A stretch of DNA of 64,000 nucleotides from Octopus vulgaris (lineage: Eukaryota): contig OX597815.1 of the NCBI GenBank assembly GCA_951406725.2, forward strand, positions 117,056,001 through 117,120,000, in the 5' to 3' direction. A program made the position numbers and the translations under genes. Position 1 is the first letter of the stretch. Every line of letters begins with the position of its first letter. Under the pieces are notes generated by a model that saw nothing but the letters and a program-made list of their open reading frames with translations, was not told the origin of the DNA and searched no databases. This document shows, piece after piece, positions 59,452-64,000 of this stretch.

Positions 59452-61755
59452 AGAAAAATAAAACAAGGTAGAAAAGGCTAAAATAATTTTATCATGAAGA
59501 ACATTTTAGTGCCAGTTCCAGTCTTTGCAACTTTTTCAACTTAGAGTAAAGCATAAAAAACAGAATTAAATGAAATGTTTTTTTAAAAATATTTCCAGAG
59601 TTTTCAAATACAAGGTACTTTTTCCTTTTTTCTGTCTCTCTTTTTTACTCTTGTGAAAGCTTGGTAGTAGGTAGTAGCAGTCTTAAAAGAATATTTGATA
59701 TGATTTCTTGGTTTTGATTGTTTAAGCAGCAGTAGCTGAGGAAGGAGGTGGTGAAGAAGAAGAAGAGGGAGTAGGAAAAGAAGAGAAAGAATAAGTAAAA
59801 TACGGGAGTCGTATGACAGTACTAGGATGTCGGTGGAATCCTCTTAAATGATCAAGTGACCTGTTGTGGTTGTAATAGTAGTGATTAAAATTGTTTTGAA
59901 TAAATTCATGGGTAATGACTGTTCTGAATATATCATTGTTAATACTTGTGTGGGTATTATTCTAAGGCCCTTGTAGTAGTGTCATTTATGATGGATACAT
60001 TCAAAAGGGGTCTATATTTTGTGATAAAATATGACTCTTTGCTAATGTGCTGATTATAGGTGGTCTCATCCCTGAATTTATAGAGGGGAAAAATTCTGAA
60101 GCTGGGTTGTTTGTTAGTGGCACAAATGTTGATGTGTTCGTTGAATGCTATTTTTCTGTATTCCCTAATTTTGATCTGGGGTCTGTGTAGAATCATCCTT
60201 TGACATAGACTGTTTTTGGTTTGGCCTATGTATTGCTCTTGACACCTTGAGCAAGTTAACACATATATTAGGTTTTCTGAAGCACATGTGAAGTTGTCTT
60301 TCACTGTTTGAAAGAGAACTCTGATCCCTCAGTTAAGTTGACACATATACCACAGTTAGGTCTTCTGAATTTTTTTACTGATGGCTTCAGTGTTGTTGTC
60401 GAGTGTACTTGGGCTTGTGTTAGGAGACTTCATAGATTTGGGTTGTCTTTTGCTCTTTATGATGGTGTGTGTTTGGAGGATTAAATTCATTCTGTGGTCC
60501 CTTTTTAGTAGAGGAATAATTTGGAGGATGGTGTTGAAGGCTTCATTGTTAAGGAGTTGTAAATCCTTCTTTTGTTTGGGATATCTGTGTTCATGGATGT
60601 TGAGTTGTAGGGCATGTTGAAAGCCTATATCAATTAGTGATGGTGGGTAGTTCCTGGTAATGAGTGTATCCTTCAGTTCATGTAGTCATGTGTCCCTGGT
60701 GACTGTATTAGAAACTATAGTACAAATCCTTTTTTCTAGATTGAAGGGGATATTCATTTTAGTGTGTCTGGGGTGGCATGAGTTGAACAGTAGATATTGC
60801 TTGGAGTCTGTGGGCTTATAGTATATATCTGTTTCTATTTTGTTGAATTTCATACTGAGGATGTCAAGGAATAGAAGTTGTTGATGGCTATATTCCGTCG
60901 TAAATTGAATGTTTACGTCAAGTCCATTTATAAGTGCTTGAAATTCTTTAAGTCTCTCTATACTTTCATGCCAAAGAATGAAACAGTCATCCAGATACCT
61001 CTTCCAGTTATTTTCTATGTAGAGGGAGAATGGGTTGTAGTATTTTTCTACTACCTTATGATAAAGACTGATTTTTAGATATCCCATGACTAGGTTAGCA
61101 AAAAAGGGGTGGGGGGCATTCTCAAACCCATCGCAGTCCCAGATTTTTGTCGATAGAAATTGTCTTTGAAGATAAAGAAGTTATTCTCCAAGATGAATTT
61201 TTGCCTGTCTACTATGAATTCTTTATTGATGTGATGTGGGAGTTCATTGGAGTAATTCTCTAGCTAGAATTGAATTGCCTTTATTCCTAGGCTGTGGGAG
61301 ATATTAGAATAGAGGTTGACTACATTGAAGGATACTAGTAGAGTGTTTTTGTTTATTATTTTAGGGAGGTGATTGAGCATATCTAGGTTGTCCTTTATGT
61401 GGCTTTTGATATGCGTGAGGAATGGTATTAAGAGGGTATCTAAAAAGCTACTGAGGTGATGGGTTTCACCTGCGGGACCTGCTATTATAGGTCTTAATTT
61501 GAGGTCATTAGGAATAGGGACTCTGAGAGAGAGAGAGCGACACACAGAAAAAAGAAAAATATCTCTTGTATTTGAAAATGATGGAAATATTTAAAAAAAA
61601 CATTTAATTTAATTTTCATTTAATTTTGCCACAATTTAATTGTTTTTCATGCTTTACTCTAAGTTGAAAAAGTTGCAAAGACTGAAAGCGGTACTAAAAT
61701 ATTCTTCATGATAATATTATTTTAGCATTTTCTACTTTGTCTTATTTTGCTGATA
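59450..61755 (-). mobile_element. Penelope-like retroelement (RT and GIY-YIG, Neptune-type), 5'-truncated, with inverted terminal repeats
   Basis: LRPIIAGP, VVNLYSNI, YRQKSGTAMG, WKRYLDDCF, YYKPTD..SCHP, a CxxC linker and NLIYVLTCSRCQEQYIGQTK, with frameshifts. 59450-59640 is inverted at ~61535-61752. Confidence 0.92.
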
Positions 61756-61814
61756 CATATCAATTCATGTTTTCCTTTTCAACCTTCTACATACATATAT
61801 ATATATATATATGA

Positions 61815-62142
61815 AGGCACATGGCTCAGTGGTTAGAGCGTCGAGCTTACGATCGTGAGGTTGTGAGCTCGAATCCTGGACCGGGCTGCATGTTGTGTTC
61901 TTGAGCAAGACAGTTTATTTCACGTTGCTTCAGTTCACTTAGCTGTAGAAATGAGTTGTGACGTCACAGGTGCCAAGCTGTATCGGCCTTTGCCTTTCCC
62001 TTGGATAACACTGGTGGCGTGGAGAGGGGAAGCTGGTACGCATGGGCGACTGCTGGTCTTCCATAAACAACCTTGCCTGGACTTGTGCCTTGGAGGGTAA
62101 CTTTCTAGGTGCAATCCCATGGTCTGTGCCGTGATTGAGGGG

Positions 62143-62146
<4 letters not shown>
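61815..62146 (+). mobile_element. tRNA-head SINE in a (TA)n tract
   Basis: A-box TGGCTCAGTGGTTAGAGC and B-box-like CTCGAATCC, followed by CORE-like GTTCTTGAGCAAGAC and a non-tRNA body. Confidence 0.8.
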
Positions 62147-62180
<34 letters not shown>

Positions 62181-62479
62181 CCACCCATGCCAGCATGGAA
62201 GGCAGATGTTAAATGATGATGGTATACATACATACATACATACATACATATATGCATTCATATATATACAATAAAATAAGTACCAGCTGAGCTCTGGGGT
62301 CGATGTAATTGACTTGCTCCATCTCCTGAAACTGCTGGCCTTTGTGCTACAATTTGAAACAAATATTGATGTTTATCTAGCTTATGCGATATTAAATTAA
62401 AATATGCATATGGAGAACATTGCAGTGTTTTTTATTTCTTCTCTTTTTTTTTTACTTTGAAATGTATTTATTTTTTCAG

Positions 62480-62569
62480 CTTACTGATTTAATGGAGAGG
62501 TTGCAAGTCAGATCAGATTCTGATGATTCTGTCATGTTAGCAGTGAATGAAAAAGTGAACGAATGGAGG
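62480..62569 (+). CDS. CEP290: CEP290 coding exon 9
   Basis: LTDLMERLQVRSDSDDSVMLAVNEKVNEWR (compare human EDDPIMVAVNAKVEEWK). Confidence 0.93.
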
Positions 62570-63469
62570 GTAAATAATTATTCATTGAATTTTACCAAAC
62601 ATTGTTCTTTATACTGACTGTTTTATAGACATGTTGAGAAATGAAATTCTCAGTCATTTTCTACTGCATATTTGCCATTATATTAAATATTATAACCAAT
62701 GTTTTCTCTTCTACAAATGATTTAATATTTCTTTTTTATTCATCTGTAAAGTATGTTAGCTATGAATTCATAAGTTAATTATATACTTCAATTTTTACTT
62801 AATGATGAGTTTGATCTCAGTATTACTGCAACAAGTCAATTGGAACCCATCAATTTATTTTTTAGGTTTTTTTTTTTTTTTAATGTTTACATCCATATTT
62901 CCATTTCTAGGATGATGTTTTCAAATTTAGACATTTTCATATTGCTTGGACAAAATATTTTTATAGTTGGATACCCCTCCACTTTCTACTAATTACTTAA
63001 TCATTATCAAGATGTTAAAATGAAATCTGTTGTTAGTTAGATTGATTGGTAGAACAAACTGAAATTGTGTGCTCTTAGGCTACCTTGGCTATTACTAAGT
63101 TTAAATTGTGAACCATTTCATAACCTTAGAAGCTTAACTTCATAGCCTGAACTAACAAGGGAGTTCTCAGAAATAGAGATTGAATATTCCTTTCAAATCA
63201 CACTCCACTGTATTAAAAAATAATATATTAGACATTGTGGTTTGGGTTCCTTGAAAATAGGTGAAAGATAGGCTCAGTCTAGTTGAGATGTCTTTCATCA
63301 TATGGTACTGGACATTATTAGAGCATCTGGGGAAATTCCTTGTAGTATTTGTTCTGGCTCTTTGCATTTTTGGTTCAAATGCTGCTGTTACCGTCTTTAG
63401 GTGCAGACTTAAACTATTGGCAAAGTAAGCTTCATAAATAATTATCTGGAGAATTTTGTTCCTTTACAG

Positions 63470-63592
63470 AAAATTCTTATAGAAAAAGACAGAGACATCA
63501 TTAGTTGTCAAGAAGAAATCATGCATCTTCGTAAACAGTTGGAAGCAGTAAATTTAGATGCTGATCGTGCTTCATTAGTTGCTCTGACAAAG
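63470..63592 (+). CDS. CEP290: CEP290 coding exon 10 (gene continues beyond the window)
   Basis: KILIEKDRDIISCQEEIMHLRKQLEAVNLDADRASLVALTK (compare human LDADKSNVMALQQ). Confidence 0.93.
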
Positions 63593-64000
63593 GTAAGCAG
63601 TGTGTATTATATGCTGTTTGGTTATGATTATGGTGTGTTCTGCTGTATCAAGTTTGATTTTCTGTTAAAAGCAATGTGTTTTAAAAGAAAACCAACTGTA
63701 AACGTTTTTATATTTGATAATTTCTTAGCATTTGCATTAGTATGGCTTAATAAGTTAATATGAAGGTTCAATCTTAAATGTTTTGCTGTTCTTTCACTTA
63801 ATGTTTTATTCTACAACCATGTGGTTTAGGGCTCACTGTGAAGTAGGGTGGGCTGATGACTTCTGCTACAATCTACTGATGACTATACTTTGTAGGTGGA
63901 ATTGGTAGATAGAAACTGAATGAAGTCCATTGTATATGTATATATGTAAGCATGCATTGTGTGTGCATGTGAGTGAGAGAAAGTGTCTTCTTATTTTCTT

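Noticed and set aside
61815-61890. tRNA-like sequence
   Set aside because: No proper acceptor stem or terminator, and it continues into a SINE body; it is a SINE head.

Overview
AT-rich, repeat-dense metazoan DNA. The SINE/RTE repertoire points to a coleoid cephalopod, most likely Octopus (inferred). Three + strand protein-coding genes are present: RPL28 (four coding exons, 10254-16159, plus a probable TOP-type non-coding exon 1 near 5725-5762), intronless RNF26 (26580-27806) and the first ten coding exons of CEP290 (46123-63592, continuing past the window end). The rest is mostly mobile-element debris: RTE LINE fragments and tails, tRNA-derived SINEs, AcademX, Chapaev3, hAT, mariner and Penelope-like remnants, Merlin-type MITEs and solo LTRs. 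I found no new protein-coding system. The most notable observations are (1) an intact 800-bp TRIM-like mini LTR element in an RPL28 intron, (2) several short repeats, mostly in (TA)n tracts, carrying minimal hammerhead-ribozyme-like cores and long fold-backs, (3) nested Merlin-type MITEs with near-identical target sites, and (4) GG..CC MITEs close to the inferred start of all three genes. Family assignments come from motifs read by eye and remembered family knowledge; no searches were run.
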